Shown here one piece after another: positions 1 to 13,787 of a DNA stretch of 64,000 bases. Position numbers and translations under genes: made by a program. Location: the NCBI GenBank assembly GCA_950097015.1, contig CATNEN010000007.1:7998001-8062000 (forward strand), read 5' to 3'. Under the pieces are notes generated by a model. It searched no databases. It was given only the letters and a program-made list of their open reading frames with translations, and was not told the origin of the DNA. Within the stretch, counting starts at the first letter, position 1. The number at the start of each line of letters is the position of its first letter. The stretch is from Macrostomum hystrix (taxonomy: Eukaryota; Animalia; Platyhelminthes).

Positions 1-3000
1 TGTGGCTGAACTACATCGACAACGGCAGCACCCTGCCTGTGCCGTACAACCTGCTGCCGACACCGCAGAGCCTCGCCCGCGCCTACAGATTCGTCAAGCG
101 CTTCTTCTCCAACCAGAGTGTCTTCGCCAGCGAGAGCACCCGCAGCACCGCCTTCATCAAGGTGAGTTACTGGGGAAGTCTGGGCAGGTGTGACAGAGTT
201 GGTTGTTGTTATTGCATTTTCATTCAGCACAGTCTGTTCATTGCCTGCTCATTGTGAATGACTATATTTATGAATGGCTATCCATTTATGAACTTATGAA
301 GGTATTTTCGAGACATAGTTTGATTGTAGCTAGTCAATCAACGACAAAAAGGCTTAGAAATGATTGCCTAGCAATTAAAAATGCTGAATTTATATTTTGA
401 TGCAAAACTTTTTATGAAAACATTGCTTTGAAATGACATCAGTGAAATTCGCATTGCTAAATATAGACTTCTAAAAGTACATTACTGATAGCGCATTCTT
501 AAGCGCAAGTATTTCGAGTTCAGAGGGTAAATATAAGCAGAAAAAAACTACTTCGGTGAAAGTGCACCGGTAAAAGTACATCTGCCACCGCCCAACCCGC
601 CAGGCTTGTTGCTGTTGCCTGCAGAATGAAAATGCCGAAGCTGCGACCAGAGCAGCTCGCCTGAAGGTATTCTAAGCGAATTCAATATGCACTTTTATCC
701 CCCGTGAGAACTCTGAGGACTGCACTTCTCAGTTATAATTATTTGTTTCCTGCCAGGAAAACGGAAGGCAAAACTTTGCGGCAGAAATTTGTGTTTTTAG
801 TAGTAATGAAACAATTAGTTGAAATGCCCTGGCAATATGGAGGGCGTATAACAAGTGTACTTTATTACTATTGCTTTACTTTTCATTTTGAATACTGGCC
901 AGCTCGTCCCCCTCACTGCGACTCCAATGTTAAAGACATGCAAAATCTGCTGCACAAACTCCCGCCTCTACGAAAATATACAGTAGAGTTTGCCCAGGAT
1001 ATTTGTTGCTAGCAATGATCCAGTACTTTCCAATAAAATCTGTGTTTTTCGCACCCTCATAATAAGAAGGAGTGTTTTCGGCCCTATTTTCAGCAAATAC
1101 TAAGGCATTTTGGGATGTTTTCGGCCCTATTTTCAGCAAATAATAAGGCATTTTGGGGTGTTTTCGGCCCTATTTTCAGCAAATACTCAGGCATTTTGGG
1201 GTGTTTTCGGCCCAATTTTCAGCAAATACTCAGGCATTTTGGGGTGTTTTCGGCCCAATTTTTAGCAAATACTGAGGCATTTTGGGGTGTTTTCGGCCCT
1301 ATTTTCAGCAAATACTCAGGCATTTTGGGGTGTTTTCGGCCCAATTTTCAGCAAATACTCAGGCATTTTGGGGTGTTTTCGGCCCTATTTTCAGCAAATA
1401 CTCAGGCATTTTGGGGTGTTTTCGGCCCTATTTTCAGCAAATACTCAGGCATTTTGGGGTGTTTTCGGCCCAATTTTCAGCAAATACTCAGGCATTTTGG
1501 GGTGTTTTCGGCCCTATTTTTAGCAAATACTGAGGCATTTTGGGGTGTTTTCGGCCCTATTTTCAGCAAATACTCAGGCATTTTGGGGTGTTTTCGGCCC
1601 AATTTTCAGCAAATACTAAGGCATCTTGGGGTGTTTTCGGCCCTATTTTTAGCAAATACTCAGGCATTTTGGGGTGTTTTCGGCCCAATTTTCAGCAAAT
1701 ACTAAGGCATTTTGGGGTGTTTTCGGCCCTATTTTTAGCCCTATTTTTAGCACTAAGGCATTTTGGGGTGTTTTCGGCCCTATTTTCAGCAAATACTAAG
1801 GCATTTTGGGGTGTTTTCGGCCCTATTTTCAGCAAATACTAAGGCATTTTGGGGTGTTTTCGGCCCTATTTTTAGCAAATGAGTTGCCATGCGGTGTGCA
1901 CTAATTAGATGACGAGGCACTCAACTAAAATCCTAACCCGGGCGGCGCTGAAACCTGCGCATTGGGATTTTACTGGGATCCAGAAACCAAGAAAATGACC
2001 TCCTAACTGGGTTAGCCATGACTCATTGACCAACTCAAATCAGCCGGCAAACTGCGCCAATGCAATGCTGCGTAAAGATTTGAAAAGTGCTATTAAAACA
2101 CCATTTATTTTGTTAGAATCGATGTCGTTGCATCGCTCATCATTTTGTTTTCGCCGCGTTTTTCTCGCACGCTGCGACGAAAAAATTCATGCCACAAAAT
2201 TGAGTGCATCTTCGATTGTCTAATTTCATCAGGAATTTGCTTCCCATGAATGAGTGAGACTTTGATCGATGAGATCGATTTTAACAAAATTTAAGACTAG
2301 CCGGAATTGCAAGGCACAGAGGAGGCCTGCAATGGTGGGTGAATTTTTTGGTCCTTGCAACAAGCAGCTTACAAGCCTTGAGCCTCTGCCTTGAGCAAGC
2401 TGCAAATTAGCCGCTATGTTATCATCGCCCCATCAACGCCAGTATATGTGACAGCTCGGGGCTGATTTACTTCTAACTTATTCCTACTGACATATTATTT
2501 CAGCGTGAAATCATAAAAGTCAAGTACAATAATTTATTTCCACTAAAATACTCGTATATGAGCAGCATTCCTATGCGACATTCCTAGCATCGTAGCATCA
2601 CGCACTTTTCAAGGATATGATGCGGCACCTTTTCATTTAGTTTTTATTGGATCGTGTAGGCAATTCCTTGAAGCTACGAGCGTATGATTAGTGAAGTGTT
2701 GATTACCACGAGTTTGTGACTGAATTCTCAGACGAAATAGTAGATGCAGTCGAGTCTTAGGATCGTAAGTACGAGTAGAAAGCTGTTTGCATGTTTTGCC
2801 AGAATCGGAAAAAAAGTATTTTTTCTGGCCTAATCACACCCAGACTCGTCGAGATGCTGTCTGCAAGAGCATGGACATTGTGGCCCAGGACACCTCCTAC
2901 GCGGACATCATGCAGCGCCTGGTTCGGCGCTACCTGTTCAAGCTAGAGCGAGAGAACGATGTTGAAGGTGATTGGGCACTTTCTCTTATCCAAGCCCTCG

Positions 3001-5355
3001 CTTGTGGCAGGTCGTATGTGAAACATAATAATATTAATAGTAATCTATATCGACTCACAATAACAGACGTTCAGAAGAATCCCAAGGAGGGGATCAGCAT
3101 CAGAGCTGAGGACATGATCGGCGCAAGTCCGGAGGGATTGTTCGCGCAGGACGACTCCAAAGCTGTTCACTTTGCCGGTGAGACTTTGCTTATTGCTAAA
3201 ACATGAGGGCGTCCAGCTTTTAATTCTGAATCGCAACAATTAACTCAAATATCCCCTCAAGGATAGTTCACAATGTACCATTAAATGTCTCGGTTTTGTG
3301 TATATTTGTTTTTGTTGATTATTAGTCATAAAAATAATATGCACAGGATCATTGAAAACCCTGTATTCTCACTTTGTAAGAAACCATTTGGCTCAAAATT
3401 TCTTACTCAAATTTCTGACTTCATTATGAGTAAAAACTGCGTTTTGGTGAGCGTGTCCACAACTTAGTAGTGCATACAAGTAGCGTGCTCGCTCGTTTAC
3501 GTTGCAAATACAATGCAGCAGTCGGTTTAGACTGCAGCTTCATGGCTGATGGACAGGCAGTGGCTCAGAGACATGACCTGTACAGTTACGGGGCTGTTAT
3601 TTTCGCAGAAGCAGACCTCACCTTGGACGAATGCACGAAGGCGGCGGCTGCGGTCGTGGAGCCCGCCTCGCCGTTTCGCAGCGGGCCAAGGCGCACCGCC
3701 TCCGGAAAATTCTGCGTCTACACTGGCAGATACCTGCGCAGATGCTGCGGTAAATCAGGCACAAGAGGGCATGTCCAGAAATGCCTTTAAAGCAGTTATT
3801 TTTGGATTAATGGTGGTGTCCTAAGCAAACCCTTTCTACTATCGCACACTTTTGGATTAAACCACGTCATATTCTCCATTGCTACACTTGGGTGTCTCTC
3901 TGTATCTTCCTCCCTTCTTATAATATGACGTTTTCCAGGTGATCAATGCCGATTGAATATTATGCCTATGAATATCTATCGTTTGGCCATTTGCATTCCG
4001 AGTTTATGGCTGCTTTGTGTTGACTGTATACTATTGATCGGTAAATTTTGTGCGCATCTAGAACCCACCTCCTCCACCAAGAATGTCAACTGACCTTGCA
4101 TTCAACCAATCAGCGCTGGCGTGCATAATTATTTTGGTGTGTGGACTAGGAAGCATGCAGTTTGGGACTTATGAAGATAGCTGAGTAGTGCTATGAGCCA
4201 TTGGCCGGTATTATCTCCTTTTGATTCAGACTTTTGAAGCAGCAATAATTAAAGCGCAAATAGCCTAAATCCATCGGTTATCTTAGCGATGCGTTTAAGG
4301 ATCTGTTCCCAATGCTTATTAATAAATAGTATGCTACACTTTTCTGCTTCTATAAAGAATTTGGTCACTCTTCTATATTGATAACTGTCGAACACTTTCT
4401 TAATTGCATAAAATCGCTTTAAATTGTTGCAATAGTGATTAAAGAAAGCACTTTCAAAGTTTATTAGACTCTGAATTTATGGCCACAAAAGATAATAGCG
4501 AAAATCACATTATTTTAAACAAGGCTCCAGGCCAGCCTTGTCTTTTGTCTTGACAGTCACAGTCACTAATACACTGATACTGAAGCATTTCAATAGCAGA
4601 TCCTAAAATTTCATTTCGTTGGTTCTCTTTACCCTCTTTGCGCCATTGTGAAGACGCTGACGAGTCGAACTTCCAGCGACGCTCCGGCAACCGCCAGACA
4701 ATGTCGTCGTCCTCGCGTGGGCGTGGCCCCAGCATAGCCGACTCGCGCTCGCCACCTCTGCAGTTTTTGGCCATTCCGCAGCTGGACGGCATCCAGCGGA
4801 CGCAGAAGATTCTCGATATGCGATTGCAGAATTTGCAGGCAAGTTTGCCTATAAGACTTCGTGCCATGTCGTCAACTTCTGCCTGTCTTTTCACGAATAC
4901 TAGCAATAAAATTATGACTGCTTGTGTCCGTGGGTGCGCACACTTCATTAAAAGCTGACGTCAAAGATTTAACTAATCAATTTAGGCAGTCCTTCCACTC
5001 AAACCGCACACCACAGGCCCAGTCTGATCAGCTCAACCTGGCCGCTGGTAACGCGCGCATTAAGGAAGAAATTCAACTGCTGCGAGATCTTATCGGAGAG
5101 AATCAGAAGGCTCTGCTGTCTCTTGTCCGAGCTGTGCAGCAGATCCAGGAGACCACCCGCATGCTCAACAACAACATGCAGCAATGGGTGACTCAGCAGA
5201 GCGCCAGCCTCAGCCTCAAGACAATGCTGGTCAACGAGGGCGGCTCAACCAGCGACGATCCGCAACAGGCGCAGCAGCTGTCCTCGGAGGCCAGCGGCTC
5301 GAACAAATCAAGCAAGCGGCGCGAGAAGCACAGAGTGAAGGATAGCAAGGTATAA
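1..5355 (+). CDS. TRPC-family (canonical transient receptor potential) cation channel, 3' part; 5' end lies outside the window
   Basis: Exons <1-161, 2844-2967, 3067-3177, (optional 3609-3749), 4654-4838 and 5017-5355 join with matching phases (0,1,1,1,0). The first exon reads WLNYIDNGSTLPVPYNLLPTPQS, the TRP domain/TRP box 2 (cf. TRPC WMSYFEEGGTLPxPFNxIPSPKS). The second reads YADIMQRLVRRY (TRPC rib helix, cf. YQEVMRNLVKRY). The last exon encodes a coiled-coil (IKEEIQLLRDLIGENQKALLSLVRAVQQIQE) and ends at TAA. Confidence 0.88.
1072..1880. repeat. Intronic minisatellite, 43-bp unit (GGTGTTTTCGGCCCTATTTTCAGCAAATACTCAGGCATTTTGG), ~19 copies
   Basis: Period read directly (unit starts at 1501 and 1544). 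Lies in TRPC intron 162-2843. Confidence 0.97.
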
Positions 5356-7696
5356 AACGACCAAAGTGTACATTTTTTCCATGGCCTCTTTTTTTTTTGT
5401 TGACTCTAATTCTTGATTAGTGTTGTGCTGTGGCCATGTATTCAGTTCAATTGACTATTTATACTGATTATTTTACAGGTGATGTGTTTAAAGTTCGAAA
5501 TTTATCAGGTTTAAAGTATCCATTTTTTCTTGAGAATTGAGGCTTTTTCAATTGAGTAGTTTAATTGAAATAATAATTAGCGAAATTGAACCCCACCGCT
5601 GCCACCATCAGCCTAGAATTTCGTCCAAACGTGTCGTCGGTCTTGTGCAGGATGCGCCCATAATTGCGTTTTAACATAATATTCCGATTCCCATTTTTGC
5701 AGTTGCTTGCTAACTGTCATCTGAAATTCGTTTCGTTCAGTAACGAGTACGCACAATTACTTTACACTCGTACATGTACATTTATCTGTATAGCTTTGCT
5801 TGTTCTTTGCTTTTTGTAAACTTTACAAATTTAGCTCGTAATGGTGATTTGCAGACCGCAAAATCTCTCAGAAAAGTCATGTCTTCATGGCTTTATTTAG
5901 TTACATTTTAGCATTGATATTGTGTGTCTGTTGCTTTGTGAAAATATGAGAAATCTCCTGAAGCTAGTCCGCATCGAAATCATTTCGACCAAAGCTTGCC
6001 TAGCTGCTAATCGTATCATTCGACTGTGCATTACCTTAAAACTTGTTCTGGCAAGGACGGTCAGTGAATACTGCTCCTTAGTCATGTTACTATGTGTTTG
6101 CAACAACTCTTAAAAAATAAACTGTTAGCGCGTCAACTTTCTGAACAGTCTAACTTTGGCATGCCTCCTTCTCAATGTCCGCATAAGCACAAACAAGAAA
6201 TTGCTAATTTTTTAACGCTGTGCAGAACAGCACGATTATACGTTCAATTTTATTATCTGAAAAAACGGCTAGATAGATGATGTGGAGGCAGAAAGCAAGT
6301 AGTGTGGGGCATCGCGCAAGGTCACACTGGGGTCATTGGTGGCTGAAGCAGAGGAGCTGAGTACCGACTTGGTGCATTGGTAATCATAGCGCTAGTAAAT
6401 ATTGCTAATTCACGGCAGAGCGAACTCAAAAATGAAAGGCAAATTTCTACGATATAAACTAAAATATGAAATATACTACCTTCAAGTAGGTCGTTCTGTT
6501 GGTTTGTGCCCTGTCAAATCTGTGTAAAAAGCGTGGCGTGGCGCACATTGACGATGGGGAGTGTTAAAGATTATGTTTCAAATTTCTTTAGTCGAGGCGA
6601 AGCTTAACAAACTCAAACTTATATGCCAATAAAATATCGATCGCGCATGTTGTCGTTGTTACAAGGATCAACCGATTAGCAAAATTTGTTGCTCTAAAAT
6701 TTCCGGTCGACGAAAGCACGTTCCGATGTTATGAAAAGCACCACATTTGGTTATTTACGATGGAACTAGAGGGCAAAATAGTTCCCTGTTACCATTCAAA
6801 ATAGAACGTCCCGGGTTCGCCTCCCAGCCGGATTTTACACCGGATTTTACGCCTTCATGCTGAGTAAAGTGAACGTTGACTTGGTTTTCAGTTTTGACCT
6901 AGCTGACAACGCATGCGAACGGTTAGACTGGCCAGCTAAAAAAAGTAAATCTGGGATTATAAATATCATTGCGTTGATACTTTCTATGACCGACCGTCTG
7001 GTATGAAGTCACACTTACCAATAACCAAAGCCGAGGGGACTTAAACAAAAATATTTTATCGAAAAGTAAATTGGTTTTTGGCAGTAATGAAAACACTCCA
7101 CTGCGACTAAAGGAGACATTGTGTGTCGGCTGGGCTTGTGAGGATTTACTGTCTTTCGAGTAGAAAACTCTGGCAAGGGCTATTAGAGAGCTTTTCATTT
7201 GAAAACAATGCTTTCGCGCAGCAAGCAAAGCAGTCTTTGGCTACGGGAGGTCACAATAGTGAGGCTGCTCTTGATGCAGGTGCGAAACTGGAGTGAAACA
7301 GCGTTTGCTAAGACAGACAGAATCAATGAGAAATAAAAACCCTGCTCGATAAGCTCTGAAGCCAAACAAACTGACAATAAACGCTAAACGGATGTTTGAA
7401 CTGCAGAACTGCGAGCTCATCCTGGAGAGCAGACCGCGACATTGTTTCCTGCTTAAAGTCCGTTTCGAAAGCTTGCAGCACTCTGTTAGTTGCTAACGGC
7501 AGGCATATTTACGAAGAGAGATTGAAAGAAAAAACTAGGAGAAATGTGCAGGGATATCGAGAAACAACAGCTTCGGTTCTGGGGAGGTCACAAAGCCGAT
7601 TCCCTCTCCGGCGCCAAAAGAAATCCAAAGGCGTCTACGTTCAGCGCCTAAAAATAGCTCTCGACCAAGTGCCCTGACGGCAGGTGAGCAGTTTGT

Positions 7697-10600
7697 TCAG
7701 AACTGCGACACTCCGAACTCGTCGCCTTCGCCGGACTGTTGCCGCACCCAGGCCGGGGCTGACCGGGGCGGCTGCGGCTGCGGCTGATGATGGTTGTTCT
7801 GCTGCTGGCGATTGCGCCGCTGGTTGTCCTGCTCGTGCACCAGCTTGTACACCTGCGACTGCGTGTAGGCCGGCTCCCCGGGCGCTTGGCTGGAAGGGAA
7901 ATTTGGACACGTAATTATTCTTCGCATCGATTCATCAAACTTTTAAAATTGAATTACTAATTTATTGCTCATCAAAATATAAATCACTTGTCATGAATAT
8001 TTTCATCTCCAAAGCACTGACCTGCTGCCAGACAAACCTCTAAATGAGAAGAATAATCAAAAGACGTAGGTGCTCATTTATAAGTCTTGAGTAGAATATG
8101 CCTATAAAATACAATACAATCCTAAACAATACAAGAAACCTATTATCCGAAATACAATAACAAAGAGGTAAAGACACGTGGTATCAGTTTGTTATTAATT
8201 CGTACACGAGGTATGTTTACTTAGTTATTTTACATTTTTCCTGCTCAGGTAATTTTTTCTGAACTTACCCCGGAGCCAGCGCAATACCAGTCTGGCCCTC
8301 AAAAGCGTTGGCCACATTCTGCTTTGAGTACATGTTGATTGGCGTGTTGTACTGCTTGCTGTTGAAGGCCAACGGCACTTCGCTCTGCGGATCCTCCGCA
8401 CTTCCGCCGGTGCTGTTCAAGCGCAGCGTCGCTGACGAGCGCTGCTTACCACTGCCACCTCCCTGACCGCCACCGTGGCCGCCTCCATGACCGCCTCCAT
8501 GACCGCCTCCATGACCGCCTCCATGACCGCCTCCATGACCACTTCCGTGGCCCCCGTGGCTGCGCCCGGCCCTAAATGGGCTGTCCTCCCTCAGGCCCTG
8601 GCCCTGCGAAGGCAGGTAAGACTGCTGCTCGAAGGCCGCCGACGAAGGACCGCGGCGTGCCTGCCGAAGCAGGTCCGGCGACGGGGTCCAGCCGAACTCC
8701 GGCACCCGCTGGCCTAGTACCGGGTCCGGCTGCCGTTTCTGTCGGTAGCGAGCAGCGGCCGCCGAGCCCGACGCACTCGGACGTGGAACTGGGGATTGAA
8801 GGAGAATTTGGAAGTGGAAGCATTGTGTATTTGTCGTTCGCTTTTTGTTTAGCGTACTTTAAAACTAGAAGTAGAAAACCTTCAAAGCAAGTTTATAAGG
8901 CAGTGGGTTCTGTTCTTAATTTTTATTTTCAGTGCTCTGACATTGGATTTGTTAGTTGTTGGTATTGGTTTCAGCAGTGCTCTGACATTGGATTTGGTAG
9001 TTGTTGGTATTGGTTTCAGGAATGCTCTGACATTGGATTTGGTAGTTGTTGTTATTGGTTTCAGGAATGCTCTGGCATTGGATTTGGTAGTTGTTGGTAT
9101 TGGTTTCAGGAATGCTCTGACATTGGATTTGGTAGTTGTTGGCATTGGTTTCAGGAATGCTCTGACATTGGATTTGGTAGTTGTTGGTATTGGTTTCAGG
9201 AATGCTCTGACATTGGATTTGGTAGTTGTTGACATTGGTTTCAGGAATGCTCTGATATTGGATTTGGTAGTTGTTGGTATTGGTTTCAGGAATGCTCTGA
9301 CCTTGGATTTGGTAGTTGTTGTTATTGGTTTCAGGAATGCTCTGGCATTGGATTTGGTAGTTGTTGGTACTGGTTTCAGGAATGCTCTGACATTGGATTT
9401 GGTAGTTGTTGGTATTGGTTTCAGGAATGCTCTGACATTGGATTTGGCAGTTGTTGGTATTGGTTTCAGGAATGCTCTGATATTGGATTTGGTAGTTGTT
9501 GTTATTGGTTTCAGGAATGCTCTGACATTGGATTTGGTAGTTGTTGGTATTGGTTTCAGCAGTGCTCTGACATTGGATTTGGTAGTTGTTGGTATTGGTT
9601 TCAGGAATGCTCTGACATTGGATTTGGTAGTTGTTGGTATTGGTTTCAGGAATGCTCTGACATTGGATTTGGCAGTTGTTGGTATTGGTTTCAGGAATGC
9701 TCTGACATTGGATTTGGCAGTTCTTGGTATTGGTTTCAGGAATGCTCTGACATTGGATTTGGTAGTTGTTGGTATTGGTTTCAGGAATGCTCTGACATTG
9801 GATTTGGTAGTTGTTGGTATTGGTTTCAGCAGTGCTCTGACATTGGATTTGGTAGTTGTTGGCATTGGTTTCAGGAATGCTCTGACATTGGATTTGGTAG
9901 TTGTTGGTATTGGTTTCAGCAGTGCTCTGATATTGGATTTGGTAGTTGTTGACATTGGTTTCAGCAGTGCTCTGACATTGGATTTGGTAGTTGTTGGTAT
10001 TGGTTTCAGGAATGCTCTGACATTGGATTTTGTAGTTGTTGGCATTGGTTTCAGCAGTGCTCTGACATTGGATTTGGTAGTTGTTGGTATTGGTTTCAGG
10101 AATGCTCTGATATTGGATTTGGTAGTTGTTGGTATTGGTTTCAGGAATGCTCTGATATTGGATTTGGTAGTTGTTGTTATTGGTTTCAGGAATGCTCTGA
10201 CATTGGATTTGGTAGTTGTTGGCATTGGTTTCAGCATTTGGTAGTTGTTGGTATTGGTTTCAGGAATGCTCTGACCTTGGATTTGGTAGTTGTTGGTATT
10301 GGTTTCAGGAATGCTCTGACCTTGGATTTGGTAGTTGTTGGTATTGGTTTCAGGAATGCTCTGACCTTGGATTTGGTAGTTGTTGGTATTGGTTTCAGGA
10401 ATGCTCTGACCTTGGATTTGGTAGTTGTTGGTATTGGTTTCAGGAATGCTCTGACCTTGGATTTGGTAGTTGTTGGTATTGGTTTCAGAAGCACTCTGAT
10501 ATTGGATTTGGTAGTTGTTGGTATTGGTTTCAGGAATGCTCTGACATTGGATTTGGTAGTTGTTGGTATTGGTTTCAGGAATGCTCTGACCTTGGATTTG

Positions 10601-13600
10601 GTAGTTGTTGGTATTGGTTTCAGGAATGCTCTGACCTTGGATTTGGTAGTTGTTGGTATTGGTTTCAGAAGCACTCTGATATTGGATTTGGTAGTTGTTG
10701 GTATTGGTTTCAGGAATGCTCTGACATTGGATTTGGTAGTTGTTGGTATTGGTTTCAGCAGTGCTCTGACATTGGATTTGGTAGTTGTTGGTATTGGTTT
10801 CAGGAATGCTCTGACCTTGGATTTGGTAGTTGTTGGTATTGGTTTCAGAAGCACTCTGATATTGGATTTGGTAGTTGTTGGTATTGGTTTCAGGAATGCT
10901 CTGACATTGGATTTGGTAGTTGTTGGTATTGGTTTCAGGAATGCTCTGACCTTGGATTTGGTAGTTGTTGGTATTGGTTTCAGGAATGCTCTGACCTTGG
11001 ATTTGGTAGTTGTTGGTATTGGTTTCAGAAGCACTCTGATATTGGATTTGGTAGTTGTTGGTATTGGTTTCAGGAATGCTCTGACATTGGATTTGGTAGT
11101 TGTTGGTATTGGTTTCAGCAGTGCTCTGACATTGGATTTGGTAGTTGTTGGTATTGGTTTCAGGAATGCTCTGACATTGGATTTGGTAGTTGTTGGTATT
11201 GGTTTCAGGAATGCTCTGACCTTGGATTTGGTAGTTGTTGGTATTGGTTTCAGGAATGCTCTGACATTGGATTTGGTAGTTGTTGGTATTGGTTTCAGAA
11301 GCACTCTGATATTGGATTTGGTAGTTGTTGGTATTGGTTTCAGGAATGCTCTGACATTGGATTTGGTAGTTGTTGGCATTGGTTTCAGGAATGCTCTGAC
11401 ATTGGATTTGGTAGTTGTTGGTATTGGTTTCAGGAATGCTCTGACATTGGATTTGGTAGTTGTTGACATTGGTTTCAGGAATGCTCTGATATTGGATTTG
11501 GTAGTTGTTGGTATTGGTTTCAGGAATGCTCTGACCTTGGATTTGGTAGTTGTTGTTATTGGTTTCAGGAATGCTCTGGCATTGGATTTGGTAGTTGTTG
11601 GTATTGGTTTCAGCAGTGCTCTGACATTGGATTTGGTAGTTGTTGGTATTGGTTTCAGGAATGCTCTGACATTGGATTTGGTAGTTGTTGGTATTGGTTT
11701 CAGCAGTGCTCTGACATTGGATTTGGTAGTTGTTGGTATTGGTTTCAGGAATGCTCTGACATTGGATTTGGTAGTTGTTGGTATTGGTTTCAGCAGTGCT
11801 CTGACATTGGATTTGGTAGTTGTTGGTATTGGTTTCAGGAATGCTCTGACATTGGATTTGGTAGTTGGTGATAAACGAGTATTCAGGATCCGTTACTGGC
11901 ATTCTGATAGCCGGTGCAAATTTCTGGTATAGCATTCGGGCAACGGTATGTCCGGTTGTCAGGCTGTGAATTTTCATGTATTTATGTGGACAAAGCGTCG
12001 TTTCGAGAACAGTGGATAGTTGGTAATCGCAAGTAAGGTCATAAAGTTTTGTGTAAGCGTGGCTTAATGGAACCAGAGCGCACAGGTTAACTGGCTGCAT
12101 TCACAAGGTGAGGTGATTAGCTTGCAATTCAAGGGTGAAGCCTAATGCACTTTTAGCGGGCAAAAACGATTCGTTTCGTGGTTCCAAGTGTTGATTCCTC
12201 TACTTCAAGCTGATCCATTCTAAAGTCAATATTATGATTTCTGATCTGTTATTTGCATTGTCTACAAGAAGATTGCGCAGAAGGAAATTGCGCGCTTTGA
12301 AAGACAACAGTTGGTGCAGTTAGAGTTTTTTTTACAGTTAAATTGGTACACAACAGTATTCATCGTGGTCTTGATTATTTATTTATTCTTTCAGACTTTC
12401 AGACTCCGCCTTTCAGATAAAATGCCATTTTACAGCTGCCTTCCTACCTCAGTATTTTCTGGGTTCCGTTGTTTCGCTAAGAATAAATAAGCACATCACA
12501 GCAGGTGCGGCCATTTGGGTCCAGTACAGTTCCCCAAGTATTTTATTTCCCAATGTGGTGCTGCAATGCAATTTCTGGAAATCTCGCTGTGTTGGGAAAT
12601 ATGTGCTTAGCTTCTGATAAGAATTCGGGAATGCCCTAATTCGGGTCCTATAGAACGAAAGCCTCCTGCAAGCAGTGAAAATCACAAAATAAAAATGATT
12701 CCATAACAGCCAAAGGGAAAAATGAGTTCACTCAGTCCGCAGCTCACGCACTCTCATTACCGTCGAATTTCCGGCGCAGACCTGCGAGTTTATCAATGGA
12801 TCATTTAAATGATTAGCCTTGTTCGACTATCGATTAGTTTCAAATCATCTTAAGCACGTGACTGAACTGAGCTATAGAAACCCTTGAATTGGAAGCGCAG
12901 GAAACAACACAGGAACCGTATTCGTACTAAATTCATGGGCCAGGTGCTCACCCGAATGATAGGTGTTCCCGTAGCTCGTCGGCTGCATGAAGGCCTTCCG
13001 GCGGTCGGCCACGCTTTGCTGCGTGAACGCGTAGTCAACATCCTGGTCGTCGATGGACCTCTGCGCCGCCGCCTGCAGGTCCATTGTGGCCAAGGAGCGG
13101 CTCACCTGCAAGCGGTGACCGCGGGGCGGGGAAATGAGTCGCCGAAGCGGGGATGAGTCGGAGAAGCTGGGCAATGCACCAAAATCGCCATGTGGTTTGT
13201 GGGTGCGGTACAGCCGCCCGGAGCTGCTTTGCCAGCAGCAGCAGCAGCTATTTCCGCAGAAACTGCGGGCAAGGCGAGCGTCTATAGTGTGCACCCGAAG
13301 CTCGAACCCTGGCAGGTCGGTCAGTCGCAGTGCGCAAAGCTGATTGTCAACAAAAAACTGGCCACAAAGGCCGCAGCTTCCGCAGTTTCCTGTTGGCATT
13401 GAGCGCCAACTTAATGCTAGCGTTATTTTCGATCACACCATTCGCTGTTTGAAAATCTTAACTTTATCTGGGAATTTGGTCAGAAATATTTACTATAAAC
13501 ATATCCCTGAATGCGCGGGTTTATATAGTACAAGTAGCGCCCCCGTGTGCCTGCTTGTTTAGTCTGGGGTGGTACTTTCGTGATTCCTTCTCATTTGTTG

Positions 13601-13752
13601 GAGCGCAGCCCGTTGGATTGGGAGGCCCGGCACCTTCTTGGTCCGGCCAGTGTGAAGCACATTGGGTCATTGATTTCTGCACTAAAGCCTTTGCTAGCCG
13701 CCATTGCACATTTTGCACTCGCCCCAAGCCCACTTTCACTCCAGTGAAATGT

Positions 13753-13787
<35 letters not shown>

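Noticed and set aside
8882-12100. 1072-aa minus-strand ORF and overlapping 400-560-aa ORFs on both strands
   Set aside because: They arise from a 45-bp unit that is stop-free in four of six frames. The long ORF changes peptide at a 16-bp deletion, lies in an intron of the Zasp-like gene and shows no codon-position bias in its variants.
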